64,000 bases of DNA from Nemertoderma westbladi (GCA_032718475.1 JAUCBJ010004375.1:1-64000), one strand, 5' to 3'; shown: positions 51,900-64,000, numbered from the stretch's first letter. Numbers and translations: made by a program. The notes: generated by a model not told the origin, from the sequence alone.

Positions 51900-52956
51900 T
51901 GTTAGACGCAACTCACTTCGTATGCATTCCTCGTATGCAAATACAAGGAAATGCATAGGAGCGGGGTTGTGGTGATTTGCGTTGAGTTTTGTCTGGTGGG
52001 TATCAAAACAAAATTTTATTTCAAAAGTGGAAAATTAAAAATTTTAAAATTAGAAAAGTGAACCCAAGACAATTCCAGACGCTGTGTATAGACGCGTTTT
52101 AGAATTTGTCTATAGATAACAGTAATTTGAAAAGTCGTGAAGCCTGGAAAATAGCATTTAGAAACCATGGTGACGGCTATATTACGTAGGAGTGTAAATT
52201 GAGTTTAGCAACTTCCACAGATTGGTGCCAACAGTGCAACTAAGGTGCTAAAGGTTAGTAGCACCAGAGGCGTGCACGGACCCCACTCAGTAGTTTGCAG
52301 GATGTGTGATGTTCGATTATCAAACCTGTGGGTTTGGTATAGTCGAGTATTGTGGCTATAGTCCTTTCTAACTACTGTAGTTTAGTACGAGTAATGGGAG
52401 TAGTTTGGGCATCAAAAAGTGAGTTGGTCACGGCCAGTTTATCTCCAAAGTTTTTGCGCTATGCATGGGAATAGGTTAGAGGATAGTTAGTTAGGAAGAG
52501 ACGGGATCTAGAGAGTCGAACCTGAACTGCTGGAAGGCGGGGGGGTTCGGGAGGTCTGTCCTTCGGCGACATCTAACTGATTTACCCACATTGTAGTTGG
52601 TTACGTAACGGCACTTATTGGGATATATATATGTATATACGCGTAACATAATGGAGAGGGATATTAGAGCGCAACCGCGCAGAGGATTTACTGCCAGAGA
52701 GGAGGCGGAGCTACCATTCGCGCGACCAGGATGTAAAGACTCTAACGTTTACTATCATGGGCGGTCCGTGATGGAGCTGAACGGAAAGTACAAGCCAAGT
52801 TATGATAAAGAATTACGGAGAGAAAGAATGAGAGCGTTGGGGGACCGGATGGAAGTCTTGCGGAGAGAGTATCGCACGCGGTATCCCTACGACTTTGCTT
52901 TGGACGTGTGTGACATCAGCGCAGATCCGGACGAGGAAATCGCATGACTATACCAT

Positions 52957-55900
52957 ATGAATATGTATTTACGACACGAGGAGCCTCTACCTGCAGTCCG
53001 AGACCAGTTCGACGGAATGCATCTGTATCGGAGGACTCGAGGCGAGGATCAGGAGACGCCGAAAGTCTTCAGCGTATACAAGCTCTTCTACAAGTGTGGT
53101 GAATGCATGAATAAACAAGACGTGGCGATTCCCGACCGACTAGACGAGCAACATCCGGAACCAATATTAACGCGATGTCCAGCTCACCAATTCCTTAGAT
53201 ACAACGAGGGAGGTTACCCGATGAGCAACCCGATGATCAGTATCGACTTCAGCGGAAAGCGACCTCCGAGACCCATTACGCCGACCGTTACGACATTAGA
53301 TCCGTATACGGAGATTAAACCCTGTTCGACACCCAGTTTGATAGAGACGGCAGCGGCCATTTCGCTGTACCGAGCCTACAAGGATCTAGAGGCGCGGCGC
53401 GAAGCGGCGCGGGACTCGGGTACCAAACCCGCGGGTTTGGAGCTCTCGAGTCCCTGGACTGCGTTTACTTCACCTCACCGAGTGAGAAGCCTCACGCCTG
53501 AGCATCAGGACGACATAGACGCGTTGCGGCAGGAGGAGCGAGCGGTGAAGGCGAAGGAGTTATTTGAGAACAGGATAGCGGAGTATAATAAGACCGCGGA
53601 TAGACATCAAGAGGAGACGAGGAGAGTGACCGGATTTGTTCCACAGGTCGTATCTCAACCCGGACCGGTGTATTATTCCGACGGCACTGAACCTGCGATA
53701 TTAGTAGATCATCCGGAGTCGCGAGAAGCGATACGATTCTTGCCGATGGTAAGAATGGCGGACCATTGGAACGTTGACTGTTTACGGGAAGTTTTATGCG
53801 CGAAGTTCTTGCGTGATGTCCCAATGCAGATCACAGATTACGACACGTTGGATAAGATTGGAGCTCCGGGGAAGGAGAGTAAGTTATTCGGATGGTTGGA
53901 TAAGTACATCAAGGTATGGGTCGCGGTGGCTACATTCCCAGACGACGAGGAGGTAGACCAGACGTGGCTGAGGAGGAAGGGTTCTTATACCCGATATGAT
54001 GACCACAAGGCGATCGAGCGCATGTGGACCCCATCAGATGAGATTCAGCGTCAGTGGAGGAAAACGGAGGAATCACTGCAGGATTGGAGAGTGATGTTCT
54101 ACGACAATGAAGGAGGGTCCCATCAGGAATGCTTGACTAGCAAGTGTATTCAAATTCGTGCGGCCGATGGTGTGACTCATGTGTTTATGCGTGTGAGGGC
54201 GGATCGAGAGAGACCGGAGCCCATCATAACGACACAATATCGGAAGGGGAAGGATCCTAGGGAACAGATTTTGGAGGTATGCAGGCGAGGAGGTATGCAT
54301 GGAGCGGAGCGTATCGACGCCAGGATGTTACCCAAGAAAGTTAGAGAGGCTATTCTCAACCAAGATTACGTCAAGGTGGGATCGGGAGTCCAGAGCGATT
54401 TGGAGAGCGACTTCAACGCTATGACTGATCTGGAAGATAGATTGCCTAGACCGTTTGTCGACACCAAGCTATTGTTGCTATGGGCACAGGATATTGGAAT
54501 TTATAGGGAGTATCCCAACTCTGCCAAGACTGGTATGGGCTTTATAGCACACTTGTTGTATAATTGGGACTTTAAGTTGAAGACGCAGAAGAAGTATGAG
54601 GAGGCGTATGGCGAATACAACACGCCACCGGGAGCGGAGTTCAAATCCCACTTCAAGCGGCAAGCGTTAGTGTATTGGAACATTTGCGCGCCACCCCGTG
54701 CGTCGCTACAATATTATTTGGTGCTTGAGTCGAACACGGTGACTTGTTTATTAGCGGATATCGTTGCGCGAGTTTTGAAGCGTCATCCATTGGTATTCGG
54801 AGGAGATCAATACGTTCGCTCGAAAGGGGGAATCCAATCCGACGTGATGAAGCGTTTCTTAACCCCGTTCTTCAACCAATCGTTAGAGAATACGTCGATG
54901 GTGAGGAGAGGATTAGCGATATTCGAAGGAGTATATCGACAGAACATCGGAGATTTGGGAGACCGACCGTCGATGGAATATCCGACGCCAGAAGCTTTGG
55001 AGAAGTGGTTCGGGAATCAAACCCGCGGGTTTGGTACTCCCTTCCACTCGGAGGCTGATAGACCTGTTAAGGAGGGCTGGCCGGAGACTTTAGTAGAGGT
55101 GTTCGGAGTAGATCTTCCGGTGGAGAAGACATATCCGAAACGAACGCGGGAGGAAATATTGGAGATAGAGGATAAGGGCGAGGATGTTTACTTTGTTCCG
55201 GATCGACAACCGTTGACTGGAGAGGACGACATCGGATTAGACATTGGGAAGGAAGGAAGTGCGAAACCGATTGGAGACCTCATATACGAGAGGGCCTGGT
55301 TTCCACAAGCGCGTAGGTGCAAATTGTGCGGCAGCACAAGGCACAATCTAAAGTCGTGCGACGCGGTAATAGAGGCGGCGCATAAGGTCTGCCGTTGGTG
55401 TAATGAGACCGACCATTCGTTTCATACGTGCACCGTCTTCATTTCTCAATGCGGATATTGCGGGGTAAAGGGACATCGTAGCGCAAGATGTCAGCTACGA
55501 GATGATTCCTTTCAAAACCATAGCGCTAACCTACTTCGGGAGATGTTAGATAAGTGGGAGGGTGTGGCCGATTACCATATCCAAGCGCAGATGCGTTGGT
55601 TACCATTTAAAGCGGGATATGGGTTTTGGGCGGTAGACCCATCGCATGTTGCGTACGAGCCATATTTACAATCGCTACCACAATATCAGGAGCTCATCCT
55701 AACTGCTCAAGACCTTCCACAGAACACTGGAGTTATCGTAGTTCGAGAGTACTTCAGACAATTGAACATGGACAATAAGTACACATGGAACTTCGTTGCC
55801 ATTTGCGATCGCATTACGAAGGGTGTATTTACGGAGACTAGAAAGGTGGTACGCGCGCGAGGAGATTGGAGGATGGCGGCTATACAGTACCGCAACGAAT

Positions 55901-56091
55901 TCTTGTTGACTCATGTGCCAGTGGGTTCATTGACCGCTGAGAGGATACAAGAGCAAAGGATCGCAGCGACCACAGCGACGACCGCTGGAGCGCGAGGCTC
56001 GCGGAAAGAACCAGGAGGAGAGGTCCAAGACAAGCGTCAAGTCAAGGACGACCACTACCATTCGATACCTAAAGAGGTGAGGTCTCTATAG
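52957..56091 (+). CDS. Element D accessory ORF: DEDDy-like 3'-5' exonuclease domain plus three CCHC zinc knuckles
   Basis: FYDNEG (ExoI), CIQI, LPKKVREAILNQDYVKVGSGVQSD (ExoII), FVDTK, GMGFIAHLL, WN...LQYYLVLES (ExoIII-like) at about 54090-54770. CKLC..H..C, CRWC..H..C and CGYC..H..C at about 55318-55492. May begin at ATG 52651 across a TGA at 52945. Confidence 0.8.
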   Translation: MNMYLRHEEPLPAVRDQFDGMHLYRRTRGEDQETPKVFSVYKLFYKCGECMNKQDVAIPDRLDEQHPEPILTRCPAHQFLRYNEGGYPMSNPMISIDFSGKRPPRPITPTVTTLDPYTEIKPCSTPSLIETAAAISLYRAYKDLEARREAARDSGTKPAGLELSSPWTAFTSPHRVRSLTPEHQDDIDALRQEERAVKAKELFENRIAEYNKTADRHQEETRRVTGFVPQVVSQPGPVYYSDGTEPAILVDHPESREAIRFLPMVRMADHWNVDCLREVLCAKFLRDVPMQITDYDTLDKIGAPGKESKLFGWLDKYIKVWVAVATFPDDEEVDQTWLRRKGSYTRYDDHKAIERMWTPSDEIQRQWRKTEESLQDWRVMFYDNEGGSHQECLTSKCIQIRAADGVTHVFMRVRADRERPEPIITTQYRKGKDPREQILEVCRRGGMHGAERIDARMLPKKVREAILNQDYVKVGSGVQSDLESDFNAMTDLEDRLPRPFVDTKLLLLWAQDIGIYREYPNSAKTGMGFIAHLLYNWDFKLKTQKKYEEAYGEYNTPPGAEFKSHFKRQALVYWNICAPPRASLQYYLVLESNTVTCLLADIVARVLKRHPLVFGGDQYVRSKGGIQSDVMKRFLTPFFNQSLENTSMVRRGLAIFEGVYRQNIGDLGDRPSMEYPTPEALEKWFGNQTRGFGTPFHSEADRPVKEGWPETLVEVFGVDLPVEKTYPKRTREEILEIEDKGEDVYFVPDRQPLTGEDDIGLDIGKEGSAKPIGDLIYERAWFPQARRCKLCGSTRHNLKSCDAVIEAAHKVCRWCNETDHSFHTCTVFISQCGYCGVKGHRSARCQLRDDSFQNHSANLLREMLDKWEGVADYHIQAQMRWLPFKAGYGFWAVDPSHVAYEPYLQSLPQYQELILTAQDLPQNTGVIVVREYFRQLNMDNKYTWNFVAICDRITKGVFTETRKVVRARGDWRMAAIQYRNEFLLTHVPVGSLTAERIQEQRIAATTATTAGARGSRKEPGGEVQDKRQVKDDHYHSIPKEVRSL

Positions 56092-58210
56092 GGGTGTCGA
56101 AAACAGGCGGCGGCGGACTCGTGAGGGTCTGGGGGCACGTTAAATTTGGTATATAGTGCAAGGGAGTCACTGAAGGCCCTCGTGTCTGACGAACCATGAA
56201 TTGCCATGGTGCCGTGGTTCCGTCTAGTCGGCATGTTGCCGTACTGCCAGTCCTGTACACAGTAGGGGTGGTGGCATGGCGTGATTTGTGGTTCATGTGG
56301 TGTGAACTGTGATTTGTATCTGGGCGATCAGTGGCAGTTTGCTTGGGGCTTGGATGGGTTCCTTTGGCCATCAGCTGTTCCGTTTTTTTGATACTATATG
56401 TTATTGTCTCCATGTTCAGCTGATTGGTCTTTGGGATTTGTTTGGGTCTTTGAGCTTTCTGTTGCTGTGGGTACGTGAGTACACGTGATTGTGTGTATGG
56501 CCACTGCGAGTGAGTGTGGGAAACCTTGCCAGTTGGTCCAGACGCTGCTGGTATTAGTAGGACCATACTTTACTGCGCCCCAGCATGCTTTGTACACACA
56601 AGTTATTTTACCCTGACGGTAAAATAAAGTACTCTCGACTCTTTTCAAGTTCTAGTCGATACAACTAGTCCCTCCTGATTTTGACACCGATTTTGTCTTT
56701 ACCGATTATGTCCTCTGTGTGTGCATGGTATGTGTCCAATTTGTGTACTTGATTTGTGAACATCTGTTGAGTACACGTGTACAGTGACTGGTAAGTGGTT
56801 ACTTGTTCTTAGCTTTTGAGCAAGACAGTATTGTTTTTTCAATACTGCCGGCGAGGCAGGTGAAAACGAGTCAAAATTCCATGTTGGGTAGCGCAAGCCC
56901 GCTTGGGACAAGACCGTCGGTTAGGCCCAAGGGCGACCTTGGTGCTCGATCGCTATCGACTGGTCCACCTGCCGGTTGACTCTCTGAGTTGGCTCAATGT
57001 ACAGTCAGGCCACAGTAAGTTGACAGTAGCTGACCATCTGGCTACACGTTCGACGAGCTGTGCCGGTGTGATCGGGGAATTGAAAATTGAACCCGGGAAG
57101 CATCGGGCCATCCCCCGGCCCGGTCTGATAATAACATCAGTCAGACTGGCCCCAGGGGTGGTGGAAAGGTGTCCGCCTTGTGGGTGCGCCTCCGGGAGGA
57201 GCCCAGAAGGACACAAGCGTATAGAAGCGCAGCGGTTGCAGCGCAAGGCGCAGGGGGCGTCTGAGAAAGCGCGTGTGCAACTGCAGAAGGAAGAGTTGGC
57301 GGAAGCGACCACGGGAGCGCGACAATTGGGACGAGGCCGAGGGAGAAGTGCGAGCCGGGAGTCTGTCGGGGCTCAGGGAACGTCGTCGCCGGTTCCGGGG
57401 AGTGACGCCTCACGGACGCCGTCAACAGAGTCGACTAGAGGACGACTGGTGTATCTGAGCAGAGGGCGAAAGAGAGGAGCGAGCCCGAAGAACCCAGGAG
57501 CGGGTTGTTAATGCATCGTATCACAGGGCGACAGACTCTAGATATATACATCATCGTCGCTCTGATGTATATTGTAGCATTTTAGAAATATCCGACTAGA
57601 CTCATATACACTAGTTGCATAATTATTTGAATTTATATTATGAGAGAGGCGAAGGAAGTGATTGGGGAGACAAACTTGCGGGTTTGGCTTACTCCTTTCA
57701 CTTGTCCTAGCAATCATCAAACCAAGATGATTTGCGTTTTTTATAAGAAATTAAGTAAAGTCCGAAAATGAAAGAAATTATTACGTATTTTATATTTAAT
57801 TTGATTATCGGCCTTTAATGCAATTTAGTTAAAAATTTAGCCTCAAATACGTTTATATTTAGTTTATCTTGTTAATGTTGATCGTCAATTTGAGATGGGA
57901 AATGGGGGACATTGTCCTAGCCATGTTTCATTTCAATATGTAAATTGTCAATTTGTAAGTAAATAAAGGAAGTAATATTTTGTAATTTAATTTTGTATGT
58001 AGTAATCATTATGTAGAACGAACGAGAAACAGTATTTTGTAATTTTAATTTGTATGTAAATTCATTATGCAATATCTATGGCAATATTTGTAAATAGTAG
58101 AATTATTATGTTATTTAGATTGGTTGGAAGAAATTTATTTTGTTTTGTATACATCACCTTATACTCTTCTACGATTGGAGGGAAACATTGTATGATTTCC
58201 CTTGGAGCGG

Positions 58211-60413
58211 TGTTACGGTATATGGCGCTGTATCCATATTATTAGTCATCATGCAGTATGCAATATTAGTCCGTTATGCAGTATGCAATATTAGTCCGTT
58301 ATACTGTATGTAATATTAGTCCGTTGTGCAGCATGATATTTTAGATAAGGCATAATAACGCAGTGGTATTTAGATAGGGAAATCAAAACACCCATATATT
58401 TGAATCCATCCATTTTGTATAGTATGTAGCCCTACCTACGTAATTTTGTATTAGGTTATATGTAGATAGTTCCAGGGTAAGTTTATTCGGACCCTGGATT
58501 CCGTGCTTGCTGATATTAGTTTTAGTAGGGCTAGCATATAGGGACGCTGTCCTGGCCATTCAGCAGCCAGAGACGTGAACCATTACCATATATGGTAATA
58601 ATTCGAGGAAGGGGAGCAAATAGGGCTACAATCCGGCCTCCTTATTGGACTAACTGCTTCCAGGTTGGTCTAGTGCTAGCACGGACTGGAGAGCCAATAA
58701 GAAAGCGATTGAGTCACCCTATTGCATCACCCCATCCGGATCACCTATAAATTGGCGGTGTGCCGGTAGAGCCTCACTCTTATCACATGACACCTAGCCT
58801 TAGCACCTGTCTTACTGTTTTTCTTGATACTTGTATTTTTCTGCAATTTGCTAATTTGATTAATTTCTTGGAATGATTTGCTAGTGCGATTACTCTTGCT
58901 TGTGTTTCTCAATTAATTCCTGTCGATTACTGCTAATTACAACTGAACTATGATTTCTACCTTTTGATTAATGGTTCTATGTGATTCTTTTCTGCGCAAT
59001 AATCCTAAGGGATTCCTGAGACTGTCAGACTTTGTGATTTGCATGCGCCGCTACGGTAGCTATTAGCATAATGGAGGGCTAAGGCGCCAGTGGGCGGTGG
59101 GCACATCGGGGGGTTGAGCGACTAAGGGAGAGCAGAGGATTCAAAGGCAGGCAACGCTGGCGGGGGTCAACGTTGCGGTCGGGCAACTTGCGTGCAACGG
59201 GCAGACCTATCGCCGGTACAGTAATTAGGGGGCTGATGATCCAGGTTTCGTCTCTATTTAGTATTAGGGGGCAGGAATCAGGTTAGTTAGGAGTCCCATA
59301 TGTACCCGGGAGAGGCCTGCACGTGTTACAGCGTATTAGAGCGTACAACGTTAAATGTAGAGTACGAATAGTGAGTCGCATAATTGTGGACTATACAGTA
59401 GTTAACTGCATAATTGCGAACTGTAATTTCTGACGCTGATTGGTGTGTTATTGAAGTGTGCCTATGATTATGAATGTTTAGGTAGGCGCCCCCCTTTTCT
59501 TTGATTGATTTCTATTTCTTAGTTACAATAATTGGTTACTGATTAGGTCAAAGTAATACGGCAAAATTAGGCTATTACTAGCGAAACTTGTTGCGTAATA
59601 AATTAGAATTACGTATTCTGGAACTCTTAGTAATTAGTACGCTGTTAAATATTTGTGACTGTAATTAATTAGTAAAAATTAAGAATTAGTACGCAGCATA
59701 GCGGAGAGTAGCTAAAGTAATAATTAGAGTACTGTAAACTATTCACGCTGAGCGGTTATTTGCATTAGCGGGCAATCAGCTAGATTGTACTATTCGGTAC
59801 GCACGATACGCTAGTAATTTGCTGGTCTAAAGCCAGCTGCAGGCGATTTTAGACCCGGAGTGATGTTATTTACGTAGGAACAGATACTGTACCGTTTTGA
59901 TATTTAAATATTCTCGCATTCACACATTACGTTAGGGAACCTCCAGTATTCGCGATTAGAAAGACGTAGGTAATAGCGTGCTTTAATAGTGATAAAATTA
60001 GGCGTAAGAATACTCTGAGTGCAAGGCCTCTCGCACTCGTCTTAAGTAAGCTTAGGGAGCCGACTCGGGTTTATTGTTTTGGTTATTCCCGCGTGGCTCA
60101 TAGATTCGAACAGTTAGCTCTCTATCGAGCGATCGGTAGAGAAAGGAACAAGCGATTTTGCAGGAGTTGTGTAAATTTAGTAAATATATTAGCGTACGGC
60201 AGATTAGCGCCATCTAACGGTAAGTAGCGGTTTTGTATTTAGCAACCCTTACAATTTAGTAATATCACGCTCCTGATCCCCTTTACTTAACAGTAGAGCA
60301 GTTTTGTGTCTTATTGGTTAGACGAGAACTTATTAGATTGGCAGAAGGATATCAACGGGTATTGGTCTGTTCAACAGTTCTGCTGTTAGTATAGAGGTCG
60401 CGGTTGTTTATCA
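58211..60413 (+). repeat. 3' LTR of element D
   Basis: Direct repeat of 40132-42334, followed by TSD ACTGG. Confidence 0.96.
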
Positions 60414-62275
60414 ACTGGTGTATCAATATTTGGTCGACTTTGACTATTCCTATTTGTATAACCCCATCCATTTTGGTATCTATCTTGGTCCCTGAAATTC
60501 TCTATTGATTGATCACAAATTACCGGTAAATTAATCCTCCCTCTGTTGGATAGCTGACCTGCATGCTGTGAATGGTAATCACAATCGGTTGGATGTTGTC
60601 TAACTCTACCTGCAGTAAGTTTAATTTCATTATGGTACTTACTTTCTCTTCGAGTTGCCTTCTCACCTCGGTTAGGAATTAATGAAATCCTTGGTTGGTG
60701 TGAACTTGAAAGCTCTAACTCACGTGGGTTTAATGTTCTGTCTTTCACTAAATATGGTGTGACTGAAATCACAGGCTCCGCTCTAACTGGTACAGGTATG
60801 ACGTCATTTTGCTCAAGACCTTCTTCATTCACTGCTGCTTGTGTTTCTGGATTAGGGGTACTCCATTCATCTCCTGGGAATCGCGCATTAAAAGCTGACA
60901 ATAAATGTAACCTACTTACAGGGTCATCCGGATCTTGAGCTGCATTGTGCTTCCGTACAGATGATGCTACACGATCAATTCTATCTAGAAGTGAGTTTGC
61001 TCGCCGTGTGCGAGCGATCGCTTCTAGGTTTTCCTGTTCTGCTTGTATGCGATGCTGTTCCTTCTCTAATAAATCCTGTTTCCGTTGAGCTTCAAGGGCT
61101 TCAACACGTTGCCGCTGTTCTGCTTCGATTTCATTCCGTCTAGCCTCGAGATTAGCTTGTTTTTCTGCTTCAATTCCAGCACGTTTTAACCTTTCGGCAT
61201 TGAGGTAAATGCGCTGTAATTTTAGAGCACGATCTCGCTCTAAGCGTTCCTGATTGATTCGCTCTGCTTCTGCTACTGCATCCGCGGTCGCCTTATATGC
61301 AACCTTCTCTCGATCCAACTTGGCGATTTCTAAATTCAGCATACGTAATTCAGCTTCTGCGGCTGCAGTTTGTGAACGTAAAACTTCATCTGCTGCAATC
61401 CTTTTTTGTTCTTCTCGTAATTGTCTTTGTTGTTCCACTAAATTCCTTGCAGCAATCCTTTGGGATTCGGTTATTGACACATTACTGTATACTCCACCTA
61501 CCTTCGAATGTGCCTGCTCCACATCATAGCCCAGCAACGAAATATCACGTGCTCCAATTCGTTGTGGAATTACATTTACACTGGCAGTGGTTGGTAATGG
61601 TAAACCAGGAAGTATAACTCCTTGTTCGAGTAAATATTGAGTGAGTTTGTCAATAAAATTCAGAGTTGCTTGTTCGATTTCATCTTCGTCATCCTTTGGA
61701 TCTACTTGGGAAGCTGATTCGTCGAGTAGTTGTAATCCTTTATCCACTCGAATTTTATGAAAATGTTCACCTAACCTAATTATATTAGCTCTAGATTCCT
61801 TCAGTTTTTCAAACAACTGTGTTAGAGTACGCCTTTCACCACGTTTTTTAGCTTCTACTACAAGGCTCTCCAGTTCGACAACATGCTTCCGTATTAGTTC
61901 GTTATAATTATCTTGAATTGTTACAAGAGTACATCGGTGTAGAGCTTGGCTTTCGTCTAGTAATAGCTGAGAAACTTGGTTGGTATATCGGGTTATACTT
62001 GCCATATGTCCTCCAGCACGCTTACTGATAGATGGGCCGTGTATTAAGTTACTTACCTCGCTGACAGCGTCAGGGATTTCATCGTTAATCATAGCTTCTG
62101 TCTGGTCTCGCACCGTAGCATCTGGGATACTTGAAACTGCAGGGTCGTCTACAGACTTACCTTGATCCGACATAACAATCGGGTCTGGCGGTGTAATATT
62201 TAATCTCTGACTTTGTTCGTCGGTAGTGTCATAATCATCCGTTGCGGGAGGTCCAGTATTTGGGGGTATACTCAT
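60414..62275 (-). pseudogene. Element A gag N-terminal part
   Basis: ATG at 62275 (MSIPPNTGPP). KRAGGHMASITR and LLEQGVILPGLPLPTT match D KKLRAHAGHITR and LMQNGVVVPGQVLPTT. Long coiled coil. Cut by the D insertion. Confidence 0.9.
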
Positions 62276-63096
62276 AATTAATTTAATAAATGTCAATTAT
62301 GTCAATTTCAGTAATTAAATTATAAAGTTCAGTAAGTCGGTTGTCATAACCTTCAGGTCGGTGCTTTATCGAACAGTAACTAAATTAACCAGTTAATAGC
62401 ACTTTATAGTAATTATTAATATTAAAATAATTTCACAAAATTTACAAACTATAATAAATTTTGTGAATTAATTCGACACAAATTATCTTCTAGAACGGTA
62501 GTTCTAATCACAGATTTTCGTTAGCACAATAAAACAGCAAATATCAATAATATTACCAAACAAATTCGGTAAATTATTTGAAATATAAATATTTTATAAT
62601 TCGTGAACCTTCGGGCACTGGGAATGGATACACAATTTGATCAACGGATACCATAATGTCAAGTTAAATGTCAAATTAATATTTAAAAATATTGCAGCCG
62701 AAATATTTCTACATTGTCTCACAAATACAAAGGTGAAAACTGTACAACTAACCCCAAGAAGAGCAGTCCGTCCCTCCCGCGTACCAATCCGTGACGTCAT
62801 CCTTGAGAAACTTTCTCCCGTTGTGGATGCTCACCAATGTACCAAACTCGTGGATTTCAGCAATCCCAGATTCAATTGTAAATCTTGTCAGAGTACCTGC
62901 AAGTTGTACGTAGAATTAATCCGGTGCCCTAATTTATTTATACTTGTAATTCCTACTATTATTTTAATTTAATATTATCAAATATTTTAACTAACCAGAA
63001 ATATAAAATTGACTGGGCCGAAAAGGTACAAATAGTATTTTCTTAATAACGTTTGAACGTTACTAATATAAATTATCCTAGAAACAAATTGCAATT

Positions 63097-63109
63097 TATG
63101 AAAATTGAA
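63097..63109 (-). promoter_or_regulatory. Non-tRNA primer-binding site of A (TTCAATTTTCATA)
   Basis: Abuts the 5' LTR end. Exact reverse complement of the sense LTR segment 63896-63884. Confidence 0.78.
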
Positions 63110-64000
63110 TGTAAAACTATCTGCATAAGAATCCCCGACCAGGCAGATCTATATGTGAACTACTAATCAACGATTCCCGGGTCGAGATCTCCACAAAGAA
63201 TATAATTTACCGCTATAGCGGGTCCTTATCTGATCTACTAAACAGCCTCCCCAGACTGTATATTTTCTAGGATAATATATTGATAATTTCGAGTTCAATA
63301 AATATTTCAGGTTTTTATAAAAAACATTTCCCATATGAACAGCAATTGCTGAATATGTAACAGTAACAATAAATGGATAACAAATTCACGCCAAACTGTT
63401 TATCTAAATTTACATCAGACTTACCGTAATTCTAAAAATTGCAAATATCTCGGCAAGAATTGTCTAATTGTCCTTGTCAGCTAGGATACAGTGCCTAAAT
63501 TGTCCATAGCGCAAGTTAGTTGTATAGTGGCAAATAACTAATTTCCACCTAATATAGAATAATTCCTAACAGTCTGTCAGTCATGCACAGCAGAATATAT
63601 TCCAACATTCCAGAATATGACATTCCAGAACACAAAATTATGTATAAGTAAACAAATTAATTCTACACCACCCTGCACAGTAACCAAGGAACTCAACTGA
63701 TGCTGCCTGGAACCCAACAACCAATCAAATGTCGGCTCACGCATAGCAACCACGAATTGAGCTCCTATAATCTCTTGCCAAGGCTACGCTAAACTGAGGT
63801 ATAGAATTATTCACCTATAAATAACTATTGGCTTATTTTCTGCTGTTGCGTTGTGCGTGTTTTTTGCTTCGCTGTGCGGATTGTTCAATTTTCATACGGG
63901 TGTCCTAAATTTTGTAAGGCTGGTGAAATGTAAGACAGCTAAAGTTGATGACCTACACCTGACAAATGTTTCTCCCATTTACTCGTAATGATGCTCTAAC
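63110..64000 (-). repeat. 5' LTR of element A (partial)
   Basis: Direct repeat of 18183-19073. Confidence 0.95.

Larger units (their letters stand above)
40132..60413 (+). mobile_element. BEL/Pao element D (20.3 kb), nested in gag of A
   Basis: 2203-bp LTRs at 40132-42334 and 58211-60413, TG...CA, 4 mismatches seen. TSD ACTGG at 40127-40131 and 60414-60418. PPT GGAGCGG at 58204-58210. Confidence 0.97.
18183..64000 (-). mobile_element. BEL/Pao LTR retrotransposon A (outermost, inactive, 5' LTR runs off the window)
   Basis: Direct LTR copies start at 18183 and 63110, with 2 mismatches seen in the ~890 bp available. Gag-PR-RT-RH-IN is recoverable in one frame after removing B and D with one TSD copy each (...NIDTP|VVETK... 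and ...ICRKV|AWIRQ...). Confidence 0.93.

Noticed and set aside
52957-56091. env gene in the ORF3 position
   Set aside because: No signal peptide or transmembrane helix. The motifs are nuclease and zinc knuckle.
56903-57511. 202-aa ORF in the D 3' region
   Set aside because: Non-ATG start, no recognisable domain and no homologue in A or B, so it cannot be supported as a gene.

Overview
Eukaryotic (animal-like, AT-rich) genomic DNA, almost entirely intronic. Two minus-strand exons of a flavin-dependent amine oxidase gene (9769-9389 and 3041-2832) are separated by an intron holding a 24-bp minisatellite, a degenerate RTE-clade LINE and a 2.0-kb solo LTR. The next intron holds an 8-kb 35-bp satellite followed by a nest of three BEL/Pao LTR retrotransposons. 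Element A (minus strand, 18183 to >64000) is interrupted by B (minus, 23244-35183, TSD CTACC, lacks RT, RNase H and integrase) and D (plus, 40132-60413, TSD ACTGG). Main finding: none of the three has a TGG-type tRNA primer-binding site. In each, the 11-13 nt directly after the 5' LTR are the exact reverse complement of a segment inside its own LTR, and the three pairs differ in sequence. This points to tRNA-independent self-priming in a BEL/Pao lineage. The elements also share a GGAGCGG PPT with an internal second copy, D and the solo LTR share structured LTR segments, and D carries an accessory ORF with a DEDDy-like exonuclease and CCHC knuckles whose knuckle region has a remnant in B. All comparisons were made by eye and no searches were run.
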